A stretch of 64,000 nucleotides of DNA from Minisyncoccota bacterium (GTDB taxonomy: Bacteria; Patescibacteriota; Minisyncoccia; Phycocordibacterales; Phycocordibacteraceae). The DNA lies in NCBI GenBank assembly GCA_022841985.1, contig JALHQL010000002.1:4211-68210 (forward strand). Reading direction: 5' to 3'. Shown here in pieces: positions 1-8,567 of this stretch. The translations under genes were made by a program, and so were the position numbers. Position 1 is the first letter of the stretch. Each line of letters starts with the position of its first letter. The notes under the pieces were generated by a model. That model ran no database searches, had not been told where the DNA came from, and was given only the letters and a program-made list of their open reading frames with translations.

Positions 1-42
1 CATTGGCAAGGACTAAGGCTAGGACTGGAAAGAAAAAATAAC

Positions 43-3000
43 ATGGCTGGCCTTTTCAAAAACCGAATAATTAGGGACAAACTTGAGAAGTTTGAGATTC
101 CTGATCTTGAGCAAAAGCTGGATATTGTGCGTGCCTGGCACAAAGCATCGCTAGACGGGTCATTGAAGGAGAAAACTGAAACTCAGTGTGAACAAGCATT
201 TAATTCAGATTTCTTCGTAAAAGTGCTTAGCTATGAACCGTTCCCAAACGAGGTCTATACGATCCAGCCAAAGGACAACGTTGAGACAGGTGGTGGTCAA
301 ATGCCCGACGCAACACTTGGCTACTTCACGGGAAAGCAGAAGCGCGTTGTTGCAGTCGTGGAAATTAAGGATGCGAATACATCGCTTGATAAATCGCAGC
401 ATCGCGAGGGTAACTTGAGCCCTATTCAGCAAGCGTTTAAGTATAAGCCGCAGTACAAAGATTGTGGCTTTGTCATTGCCACGAATTTCACTGAGATCCG
501 TCTGTTCCGAGATAATCAGTTGGACTACGAGAAATTTACTCTTGATGAGTTAGTAGACGCCAAGAATGATTACTTCCAGTTCAGGAAATTCCTCTTCCTA
601 CTGTCAGCACAGAATTTTGTAAACGAGCAAGGTCAGACTGAAACAGAGAAATTGCTTTCAGCAATTCGCGTTGAACAGGAAAAGATTACTGCGAAATTCT
701 ACAAAGAGTACAAGAAACTACGAGAGGACTTGATCAAAGACATTGTTGCAAACAACAAGAACATCAAACGCCCTGATTTCTATACACACATCGTTGAAAA
801 GGCGCAGAAGCTTGTAGATCGGACTGTCTTTATTTGTTTCTTTGAGGACTCTGGACTCTTACCTGAGGGGAGATTAGCAGAAGTTGTTGAGTATGCCCAA
901 AAAGGCGCTCTCAACGAGCCTATCTGGGAAACCATTAAGAAGTTTTTCAAAGCCGTTGATGAAGGAAGTGCGAAACTTGGGGTACCCGATGGTTACAATG
1001 GTGAACTTTTTAAACAAGATGAAGATCTGAATAAACTCATAATCAGCGATGAGATTTGTAAGAGTTTTGTTGACCTAACAAAGTTTGATTTTGAGGAGGA
1101 TCTTTCAGTGAATATTCTCGGCCATATTTTTGAGCAATCCATTACGGACTTGGAGAAACTTCGCGATTATTCGGAAAATGTAGAGACGGAAACAAAGAAA
1201 GATGAGAAGCGGAAGAAAGATGGAATATTTTATACGCCCGAATACATCGTTGACCACATAGTCCGAAATTCACTAGGACAGTATTTGCAGGAAAAGGAAC
1301 AAGAGGTTTTTAAAAAACATAAAGTAGATAGCAGACGAATTAAATCTGATGCCACACACGATAAACGCCTAGAGCAGGCATATACGGAGTATCAGATCAT
1401 CTTGCAGGACGTAAAAGTATTGGATCCAGCGTGTGGTTCTGGGGCGTTTCTGGTGAAGGTGTTTGACTTTCTTCTTGCTGAAAATAAGCGGGTTGCGGAT
1501 ATTCTTGCCGAAATTCAAGGAGCACAGAGCTTGTTAAGCACAGACGATTACGTGAAATCCCTGTTGCAAAATAATATATACGGCGTTGATCTCAACCCAG
1601 AAAGCGTGGAGATTACCAAGCTCTCACTTTGGTTTAAGTCAGCCAAGAAGGGACAGAAGTTAATCACCCTGAAAAATAACATCAAGTGTGGGAATAGCTT
1701 GATAGATGATGGAGGCATTACCGCCAGACCCTTTGATTGGAATAAGGAGTTTTCGGAAATTATGTCCAAAGGTGGATTTGATGTTGTGGTTGGAAATCCA
1801 CCATATGTTCAACTCAGCAAGGTAGTAGGTACCACGAAAGAACAGAAAGAATATCTGATCAGAACATACGGGACTTCTGGGGGACGTCTGAATACATTTA
1901 TTTTCTTTATTCACCTCGCCTCAGCATTAGTAAGGCAGGGTGGATACGTTGGCTTTATTGTTCCTAACACCCTTCTGACGCAACAATATTATTGGGAGAC
2001 GCGAAAACTGCTTTCAAGTGATTTGTCTCTTACGCAAATAGTCACCTACCCTTACTTACCATTTTCTGATGCTGTTGTTGAAAACATTACTTTTATTGCC
2101 GTAAAAGGCAAAACGGAAAATATTACGATCTATTCACAATTACCTGATGATCTTTCTGAACTTGCACAGATCAGCAATAGTTCTATCGGGAGAGATAAGA
2201 AATACATTATAGATATACGTAATAACCCAATTTGCCAAAGGATTGATAGCCTAAACTTTACTCCACTGAAAGATCTAGTGAATATAAATCAGGCAATCGC
2301 TCTAAAGGGGGATAAGAGTTTGAGCGTGAAAGATCATTACAGGGATGGTTATTTCAAATTGATTGATGGCAGGAATATAAATCGCTATTCACTAAACTGG
2401 TCAGGAGAATATCTAGAATACGACCTGAATCGTATCCACTCATGTAAAACAAAAGATATATTCTTACAACCAAAATTACTTTTCCGGAGAGTGTCTGCAG
2501 ATCTAATATTCACGTACGATTCCGAAGATTTTTTCGCCCTAAATACTCTTGTTGTTCTTACACCCAAGGAAGGTAAGACAGTGAATCTATTTGCTTTACT
2601 TGCGATTCTGAACTCAAAGCTTATCAACTACTACTACGTAAATAAATATAAGTCCACAAAGAAAGTGTTCTCAGAAATTCAAGCGCGCACAGTTGGACTT
2701 ATGCCAATTCCGGAATTGTCAGCAGCTGATACTCAGGCTCTTGGAGAGAAGGCAAGAAAGTTACTTGAGCTTAACAAAAGTCTTAACTCTGGTCTTGCTA
2801 AAAGCTTGGAACTATTCAGGCACGAGTTGAATATTGAAAAGCTTCCAAACAAAGCAAGTAATTTTGATTTACTCACATATGACACTTTCATCTCTTTGCT
2901 AGATACTGAGCTACCAATAAGTCGCAAGGCAGAGTTCATGGATTTTTTCAACAGTGAGAAAGCGAAATTGAGCGATGTCCGCGCCGAGATAAGAGATTTA

Positions 3001-3069
3001 GAGGAAAGTATTGATGAAAAGGTTTTCTATCTGTATTCAATCAGCGAAAAGGAAAAAGACATGCTATGA
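43..3069 (+). CDS. Type IIG restriction-modification enzyme, MmeI-like single polypeptide (N-terminal PD-(D/E)xK-type nuclease, gamma-class N6-adenine DNA methyltransferase, C-terminal target-recognition region)
   Basis: 1008-aa ORF; AdoMet motif LDPACGSGAFLV; catalytic motif VVGNPPYVQL; N-terminal MPDAT...VVAVVEIKD resembles a PD...ExK nuclease core; about 400 C-terminal residues have no recognised motif (likely TRD). Confidence 0.7.
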   Translation: MAGLFKNRIIRDKLEKFEIPDLEQKLDIVRAWHKASLDGSLKEKTETQCEQAFNSDFFVKVLSYEPFPNEVYTIQPKDNVETGGGQMPDATLGYFTGKQKRVVAVVEIKDANTSLDKSQHREGNLSPIQQAFKYKPQYKDCGFVIATNFTEIRLFRDNQLDYEKFTLDELVDAKNDYFQFRKFLFLLSAQNFVNEQGQTETEKLLSAIRVEQEKITAKFYKEYKKLREDLIKDIVANNKNIKRPDFYTHIVEKAQKLVDRTVFICFFEDSGLLPEGRLAEVVEYAQKGALNEPIWETIKKFFKAVDEGSAKLGVPDGYNGELFKQDEDLNKLIISDEICKSFVDLTKFDFEEDLSVNILGHIFEQSITDLEKLRDYSENVETETKKDEKRKKDGIFYTPEYIVDHIVRNSLGQYLQEKEQEVFKKHKVDSRRIKSDATHDKRLEQAYTEYQIILQDVKVLDPACGSGAFLVKVFDFLLAENKRVADILAEIQGAQSLLSTDDYVKSLLQNNIYGVDLNPESVEITKLSLWFKSAKKGQKLITLKNNIKCGNSLIDDGGITARPFDWNKEFSEIMSKGGFDVVVGNPPYVQLSKVVGTTKEQKEYLIRTYGTSGGRLNTFIFFIHLASALVRQGGYVGFIVPNTLLTQQYYWETRKLLSSDLSLTQIVTYPYLPFSDAVVENITFIAVKGKTENITIYSQLPDDLSELAQISNSSIGRDKKYIIDIRNNPICQRIDSLNFTPLKDLVNINQAIALKGDKSLSVKDHYRDGYFKLIDGRNINRYSLNWSGEYLEYDLNRIHSCKTKDIFLQPKLLFRRVSADLIFTYDSEDFFALNTLVVLTPKEGKTVNLFALLAILNSKLINYYYVNKYKSTKKVFSEIQARTVGLMPIPELSAADTQALGEKARKLLELNKSLNSGLAKSLELFRHELNIEKLPNKASNFDLLTYDTFISLLDTELPISRKAEFMDFFNSEKAKLSDVRAEIRDLEESIDEKVFYLYSISEKEKDML

Positions 3070-4571
3070 AAGCCATTATCTTCGCAAGAGTTTCCACACT
3101 GGAGCAAAGAGAGGCTGGCAATTCAATACCAGCACAAATAACTCGGCTCCAATCGTATTGCGACAGGAAGGGTTTTCAGGTCGTTGAGACGTATAGTTTT
3201 GACGAATCCGCCTATAAAACAAAACGCGACGAGTTTGATAAGTTCCTTGATTTAATCGGCAAAATGAAGGAAAAGGTTGCGGTTTGTTTTGACAAAGTAG
3301 ATCGTCTTTCACGAAATATATTTGATCCGAGAATTGCTTGGCTTTACGAAAAATCAACATCAGGAACGATTGAATTGCATTTTGTCTCTGATAACCAAGT
3401 CATCAATGACAATCTTTCGGCAGGAGAGAAGACTCATTTCGGTATAAACCTCGTGATGGCGAAAGCCTACTCAGATGCCATCAGCGACAACGTAAAACGC
3501 GCGTATGAGAAGATGCGCGCAAACGGTCAATGGACCGGAAAAGCGCCTATCGGGTATCTAAACCAAAAAGTGGATGAGAGAAAGAGCGTGGTCCCGGATC
3601 CGAAAACAGCTCACTTTGTTCGGAAAATTTTTGAAATGTATGCAAGTGGCAATGCTTCCGTAAAGATGATTCGTAATGAAATTGCTGAACTTGGCCTCAC
3701 TAGTTCCGTTGGAAAGCCACTGTCTGTAAGCATGATTGCTCACATACTTAATAATCCTTTCTACTACGGAGAGATGAGATCCAAGGGTGTGTTGTATCCG
3801 CACAAGTATGAACCGCTAATCTCAAAGCATTTGTACAACCAGTGCCAGATGGTTTTGAAAGGATGGCATACAAAACGAACCCAGTATGCCGCCAAGCCGT
3901 ACATTTTCAGAGGGCTATTGCCGTGTGCTAATTGTGGTTGCCTAATGAGTCCTGAGACGGCAAAGGGTAAATTTATTTACTACAGCTGCACCAATGCTAA
4001 GGGAATATGCAAACGGGTATACGTGCCTGAAAAGGTGCTCCTGAAGCCAATCCAGGAGGTCTTAGAGAGGTTCCAGCGGTTATCCCAAGAGGTCATAGAC
4101 GAGGTGGTGAATGGGATGAAGAAGGCCGGAGGTGATCAGGCTGAATTTCATAGAAAGGCTATCGCGGGCATGAGGGAAGAATACGATCAGATCCAGGCGA
4201 AGTTGGATCGGTATTTAGATCTTGTGGCTGATGGGCTCTTGAGCAAACAGGACTACGAGAAAAAAGTTGTTGCCATAAAGGATAGGCAGCAAGAAATCAA
4301 TTACAAACTGGAGGCCTATACCAAAGCCGATGAGACCTTCTACCTGACGGCTGGAAGGGTTTTGAGCTTGGCCAAAAGAGCCAAGGATATTTTTGATAGT
4401 TCTGAACCTGACGAAAAACGCGCCTTTCTCAACTACTTACTTCAGAACCCTAGGGTGGATGGCAAAAAACTCATATTTTCCTTGCGTTCTCCGTTCAATC
4501 ACATCCTAGAATTCTCCGACTGTTCTACTGGGCTCCGGGAGCAAGATTCGAACTTGCAACCAACGCCTTAA
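3066..4571 (+). CDS. large serine recombinase (integrase/transposase-type; resolvase catalytic domain, recombinase domain and Zn ribbon)
   Basis: N-terminus MKAIIFARVSTLEQ carries the catalytic Ser; Cys cluster CANCGC...YYSCTNAKGIC; start ATGA overlaps the RM gene stop (translational coupling); the 3' end of the ORF reads through tRNA-Asn, so the true C-terminus is uncertain. Confidence 0.8.
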   Translation: MKAIIFARVSTLEQREAGNSIPAQITRLQSYCDRKGFQVVETYSFDESAYKTKRDEFDKFLDLIGKMKEKVAVCFDKVDRLSRNIFDPRIAWLYEKSTSGTIELHFVSDNQVINDNLSAGEKTHFGINLVMAKAYSDAISDNVKRAYEKMRANGQWTGKAPIGYLNQKVDERKSVVPDPKTAHFVRKIFEMYASGNASVKMIRNEIAELGLTSSVGKPLSVSMIAHILNNPFYYGEMRSKGVLYPHKYEPLISKHLYNQCQMVLKGWHTKRTQYAAKPYIFRGLLPCANCGCLMSPETAKGKFIYYSCTNAKGICKRVYVPEKVLLKPIQEVLERFQRLSQEVIDEVVNGMKKAGGDQAEFHRKAIAGMREEYDQIQAKLDRYLDLVADGLLSKQDYEKKVVAIKDRQQEINYKLEAYTKADETFYLTAGRVLSLAKRAKDIFDSSEPDEKRAFLNYLLQNPRVDGKKLIFSLRSPFNHILEFSDCSTGLREQDSNLQPTP

Positions 4572-4604
4572 CAGGGCGCTGCTCTACCGTTGAGCTATCC
4601 CGGA
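4529..4604 (-). tRNA. tRNA-Asn (anticodon GTT), CCA encoded
   Basis: Minus-strand sequence TCCGGGATAGCTCAACGGTAGAGCAGCGCCCTGTTAAGGCG...GCAAGTTCGAATCTTGC TCCCGGA G CCA: 7-bp acceptor stem TCCGGGA/TCCCGGA, T-loop TTCGAAT, anticodon loop CTGTTAA. Confidence 0.85.
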
Positions 4605-4704
4605 ATATGTACTGTCACCCTCCAAGCGGAGAGCTTATGGGCATTCTAGCTTAAACACCCTTCATCGCAAAGCCTATAGGTAACAGGTACGAGGTATACT
4701 TTTC

Positions 4705-4947
4705 GTGTCCATGTATATAAAAGTATTCGTCACTCCGGACGCCAAACGCGAGAAGGTCGAAGAAAAAGGCGAGACGCTTATGATTTCGGTCAAGGAACCC
4801 GCTCTCGGAAATCGCGCAAATGATCGTGTGAAAGAGATTGTGGCAGCACGTCTCGGAGTATTGGTAGGGAAGGTGCGCATCCTTACTGGACATCGTTCGC
4901 GTGGTAAAATGCTTAGTGTTACGCTCAAGCGAGCGAGTGAAGAATAA
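4705..4947 (+). CDS. DUF167/YggU-family protein (UPF0235)
   Basis: 80-aa ORF with YggU-like sequence (KVFVTPDAK...ISVKEPALGNRANDRVKEIVAARLGV). Confidence 0.6.
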   Translation: MSMYIKVFVTPDAKREKVEEKGETLMISVKEPALGNRANDRVKEIVAARLGVLVGKVRILTGHRSRGKMLSVTLKRASEE

Positions 4948-4966
4948 GATTCCTATCTTATTCTTC
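4939..4966 (+). terminator. hairpin overlapping the DUF167 stop codon (GAAGAATAAGAT-tcct-ATCTTATTCTTC); no U-tract
   Basis: perfect 12-bp inverted repeat read directly. Confidence 0.3.
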
Positions 4967-5046
4967 CGAGCGAGCGCAAAGAGAAAGCGTTGCTTACTAG
5001 TTGATGTATTTCATCATGAATCCCGTTAGAAATAAACGCTACGAAT

Positions 5047-5055
5047 TGGTATAAT
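5047..5055 (+). promoter_or_regulatory. extended -10 promoter element (TGgTATAAT) upstream of hpf
   Basis: TGGTATAAT at 5047..5055, 45 nt upstream of the hpf start; -35 is weak. Confidence 0.35.
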
Positions 5056-5100
5056 GGGCACGAGAGTACAGGAGTTTTATTAACACTAATTTCTAACTGG

Positions 5101-5463
5101 ATGAATATCACCATCAAAGCGACGAAGTATAAACTTACTCCCGAGACAGAAGCCATCCTCGAAGAGAAACTTTCCGCACCGCTACGCCTTCTTGGTGAAA
5201 AAGGTGAGACAGCCTTGCTTGAGATAGAAATAGAAGAGGCACCGCCAGAAGGACGATCTTCAGAACCCTGCCGTCTCGTAGCGCGACTTATCGTCGATGG
5301 TCAGGTATATCACGCTGAAGCGGTAAAACCATCTCCTTCAAGCGCGGCTGATAGAGTGCGCAACGAGCTCGAGGCCGAGATACGCCGATCGCGTGGGCGT
5401 GCACGCAGACTTTTAAAACGGGGCGGGGCGGCGATCAAACGAATGTTACGCTTCGGAAATTGA
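5101..5463 (+). CDS. hpf: ribosome hibernation promoting factor / ribosome-associated inhibitor (HPF/YfiA family)
   Basis: N-terminus MNITIKATKYKLTPETEAILEEKL typical of HPF/RaiA; 120 aa. Confidence 0.6.
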   Translation: MNITIKATKYKLTPETEAILEEKLSAPLRLLGEKGETALLEIEIEEAPPEGRSSEPCRLVARLIVDGQVYHAEAVKPSPSSAADRVRNELEAEIRRSRGRARRLLKRGGAAIKRMLRFGN

Positions 5464-5478
5464 TACGGAAAGCGAAAT

Positions 5479-5510
5479 GAAAACCCACCGCAAAGCGGCG
5501 GGTTTTCATT
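5479..5510. terminator. bidirectional intrinsic terminator between convergent hpf and def-fmt
   Basis: GAAAACCCACCGC-aaa-GCGGCGGGTTTTC with T-rich flanks on both strands. Confidence 0.55.
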
Positions 5511-5519
5511 TCGGCACGA

Positions 5520-6872
5520 TTATTTCGAAAACTCCACGTACGACATCTCCTTCTTACCTTCGGGTATCACACGCTCGATGATGAATTGACCGTCTTTAAT
5601 TGAGGCTTGAGTTATCTTTATGCGCTTTCCGTTTTCAAAAAAATAAGTGCCAATAGTATCGGCGTACGCACGGTATTTATTCCAATTCACTTCCGCTGGA
5701 GCATCCAGTGAGAGGAGGCCGTCCTCTTTCTTTAGTTTGCGTGCCCGAGTTGCAAGCGATGAATCTTGCGGAATCGGTATGACATCGCCGCGCAAATATG
5801 CAGACAGCGTATCAACAAGTAGAGAAGCGCCCATCCCGATAAGCCGCGGGCGCAGCTCGCGCGCGGTCTCACTGGGTCCAATTTTTGTCGATTCCTGAGC
5901 GATAATGTCTCCTGCGTCCAATTCTTTCACCATCTTCTGTATGCTTACGCCAGTTCTATCATCTCCAGCAAGCAATGCAGCTTCAAGAGGTGTTGCTCCG
6001 CGATGCTTCGGCAAAAGCGAGTAGTGGACATTGAAGACTCCTTTGGGAAAAACGCTAATAAGTGTCTCGGGAAATATTTTGCCATACGCGACGACGAGAG
6101 CGTAATCGCATTTATATTTTTGAATCATGGCGATTGTTTCGGCATCAAGCTTTTCCGGAGTTACGACGGGAATATCATGCGCAAGTGCAAATGTTTTTGT
6201 TTCGGACGGCGTGAGAGTCAAACCACGACCTCTCGGCGCATCTGGAGAGGTCACGACGAGATCTGGCACGAGGCCATGCTCGATAAGAATCGCGAGCGTA
6301 TCGCTTGAGACTTTCGGTGTTCCGAAATAAACGAAATTATGTTCTGACCCGTGATGGATGCGAGCAAGATTCTTAGCATGATCGATGAAAAGGATTCCAT
6401 TTAAGTGGTCTATTTCGTGTTCAAATATTTGCGCCATAAGACCGCCGGCGCCGCGCTCCACATGAGAACCGTTCGGTCGGCGCGCTTTAATGGTGGCGCG
6501 TTCGTGACGGTGAGTAATGCCGTAGATACCGCGAACTGAAAGACATCCCTCATCGGTCTTTGCGCGTTTGCGAGAAGTCTTTACGATTTCTGGATTGATA
6601 TACACCTCAATCTCAGGCGCTAGGGGAGGAGGGGGTACACCCTTTGCAATTTTCTTCTGGAAAGGAGATGTCCTGTCTTTTCTCACAATAAAGAGACGAT
6701 ATGAAACTCCTATTTGCGGCGCAGCGAGCGCCACTCCCTCAGGTTCTTTATCGAGAGCCTCTTCCATATCTTTGATAAGACGCGTGAGTTCGGGCGTACC
6801 GAAAAGCCCTTCAGGTACGGGTTGGGCGATCTCTCGAAGCACTGGGGTACCATCTTGCACAATCTCTTTCAT
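5520..6872 (-). CDS. def/fmt: fused peptide deformylase (N-terminal) and methionyl-tRNA formyltransferase (C-terminal)
   Basis: N-terminal 175 aa carry Def motifs GVALAAPQIG, EGCLS, HEIDHL; C-terminal 275 aa carry the Fmt formyltransferase core (HYSLLPKHRGATPLEAALLAGDDRTGVSIQKM) and a C-terminal tRNA-binding-like domain; single 450-aa frame without stop. Confidence 0.8.
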   Translation of the reverse strand: MKEIVQDGTPVLREIAQPVPEGLFGTPELTRLIKDMEEALDKEPEGVALAAPQIGVSYRLFIVRKDRTSPFQKKIAKGVPPPPLAPEIEVYINPEIVKTSRKRAKTDEGCLSVRGIYGITHRHERATIKARRPNGSHVERGAGGLMAQIFEHEIDHLNGILFIDHAKNLARIHHGSEHNFVYFGTPKVSSDTLAILIEHGLVPDLVVTSPDAPRGRGLTLTPSETKTFALAHDIPVVTPEKLDAETIAMIQKYKCDYALVVAYGKIFPETLISVFPKGVFNVHYSLLPKHRGATPLEAALLAGDDRTGVSIQKMVKELDAGDIIAQESTKIGPSETARELRPRLIGMGASLLVDTLSAYLRGDVIPIPQDSSLATRARKLKKEDGLLSLDAPAEVNWNKYRAYADTIGTYFFENGKRIKITQASIKDGQFIIERVIPEGKKEMSYVEFSK

Positions 6873-6893
6873 GCGGCAAACTATACCAAAAAA

Positions 6894-7187
6894 TCAGCGC
6901 GGTGGGTGTTTCGTCGGGTCGAGCTCCCACCAGAATTTCTTGCCAAAGTTTTTTGCCTGACTACAAACGCTTTTCAGATAATAGAGATCCTGGGTGGGGA
7001 TTTTCTCAAGAACCGTACCGAGATGCGCCATCGTCATGGGCGCGAGCCGATCTTTCACACGAGAATGATTTAAGTGACGCAGGAAAAAACGCATCAGCTC
7101 GCCGCGCTCAGTCTGACGTTTTCTTCCTTTAGGCGCTGCTGCCACTTTTCTTTCGAACTCGGGAAGCATTTCACCGATTGATTTCAT
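6894..7187 (-). CDS. hypothetical small basic protein downstream of murA
   Basis: the 196-aa ORF 6894..7484 overlaps murA by about 290 nt; trimmed to the internal Met (MKSIGEMLPEF...) located 5 nt after the murA stop; no family recognised. Confidence 0.35.
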   Translation of the reverse strand: MKSIGEMLPEFERKVAAAPKGRKRQTERGELMRFFLRHLNHSRVKDRLAPMTMAHLGTVLEKIPTQDLYYLKSVCSQAKNFGKKFWWELDPTKHPPR

Positions 7188-7191
7188 AGCA

Positions 7192-8502
7192 TTAGCCTGA
7201 ATGAGCTTCGATAGAGGCACCGAGATTTTGCAAACGGGCAACGATATCTTCGTAACCGCGATTAATGCTGTAGACATTTCGGAGTAGTGAGCGACCTTTC
7301 GCACCAAGCATCGCGACGAGAATGATGGTCGCGGGTCGGAGCGCTGGCGGACAGATGACCTCGGCGGCCTTGAGTCTTGACGGACCTTCAACAGAAATGC
7401 GATGAGGGTCGTGCAGGTTGGTGCGCGCGCCGAGCCGATCGAGATCAGTATAATAAATCGCGCGCTTCTCGTAGACCCAGTCATGGATAAGAGTTATGCC
7501 TTTCGCTTGCGTAGCGATGACTGCGAAAAAGGGAAGATTATCGATATTGAGTCCCGGATACGGGCGCGCATGAATCTTTTCCGGGAAAGCGACGAGTGTC
7601 GAAGGTCTAATTGAAATGTCGACAAGTTTCGTAATGCCATTTTCCGACAGTCGCGGTTTTGATATCTTAAATTTCAATCCCATTTTCTCAAGAAGCAGCA
7701 ATTCCACTTCAAGAAATTCAATTGGTGCGGCGGTAATGGTGATAGAGGAGCTGGTAACTGCTGCAGCAGCAATAAAAAACATCGCGTCGGTCGGATCTTC
7801 CGCAATGCTGTAAGAAACATCTTTTATAATGTCGGCGATACCGTGCACCGTGAGTGTCGTTCCACCAATGCCCTCAATCAAAACGCCGAGCGCACGCAAG
7901 AAACCGCAGACCTCCTGCACCTGATAATTAGCTGAGGCATATTTGATAACACTTACGCCATCTATGTGCGCGGCGGCGAAAAGAGCATTGATAGTTGCTG
8001 TGTCGCTAGATTCATATAAAACGACTTCAGCAGGAATAAGTTTTTCATGGGTAACATGATAACTGTCGGAATGCGCTTCTATAGCAACGCCGAATTTCTC
8101 AAGCGCCATGAGATGCGGTCGCGCGGAGCGGAGTCCGAGCGTGCAACCGCCAGACTGCGGCAAATCAAAATTCTTGAACAAGTGAATGAGAGGACCGATG
8201 AACATCAAAATACTTCGTGTTCGCGTTGCCGCAATGCGGTCAATGGTCTTGAGAGATATTTTTTTAGGCGGCGTAATGATGACGCTCGTACCTTTCCATT
8301 CAACCGAGACTTTGAGTGAGCGCAAGACTTCGATGAGGCGATTAACCTCTTCTATTTTCGGCATGTGCTCGAGCGTCGTCGTTCCGCGATTCAGAAGCGA
8401 AGCTGCGAGGAGGGCAACTGCACCATTTTTTGAACGACTCGTTTCGACGCGACCAGAAAGCTTTTTCCCGCCCTCGATAACAAAATTCATTTCTCCTTGC
8501 AT
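7192..8502 (-). CDS. murA: UDP-N-acetylglucosamine 1-carboxyvinyltransferase
   Basis: 436 aa; MurA/EPSP-synthase-fold N-terminus FVIEGGKKLSGRVETSRSKNGAVALLAASLL. Confidence 0.85.
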   Translation of the reverse strand: MQGEMNFVIEGGKKLSGRVETSRSKNGAVALLAASLLNRGTTTLEHMPKIEEVNRLIEVLRSLKVSVEWKGTSVIITPPKKISLKTIDRIAATRTRSILMFIGPLIHLFKNFDLPQSGGCTLGLRSARPHLMALEKFGVAIEAHSDSYHVTHEKLIPAEVVLYESSDTATINALFAAAHIDGVSVIKYASANYQVQEVCGFLRALGVLIEGIGGTTLTVHGIADIIKDVSYSIAEDPTDAMFFIAAAAVTSSSITITAAPIEFLEVELLLLEKMGLKFKISKPRLSENGITKLVDISIRPSTLVAFPEKIHARPYPGLNIDNLPFFAVIATQAKGITLIHDWVYEKRAIYYTDLDRLGARTNLHDPHRISVEGPSRLKAAEVICPPALRPATIILVAMLGAKGRSLLRNVYSINRGYEDIVARLQNLGASIEAHSG

Positions 8503-8567
8503 GCGAAGTATCCTACCACTTAGTCCAGCTTTTGCCCTGTGTACGAGGACGCGTTATGATGTTGGGA

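Noticed and set aside
43-3069. Alternative call of the large MTase as BREX PglX
   Set aside because: No other brx genes are adjacent within the window, and the N-terminal PD-ExK-like region fits MmeI-type Type IIG enzymes better. This cannot be fully excluded because upstream sequence is missing.
6568-7132. Plus-strand ORFs of 130, 119 and 76 aa
   Set aside because: They are antisense to def-fmt and the small post-murA gene. The sense-strand genes have clear homology.
6894-7484. 196-aa minus ORF as a single gene
   Set aside because: Its upstream 100 codons overlap the murA 3' end. It was trimmed to the internal Met at 7187.
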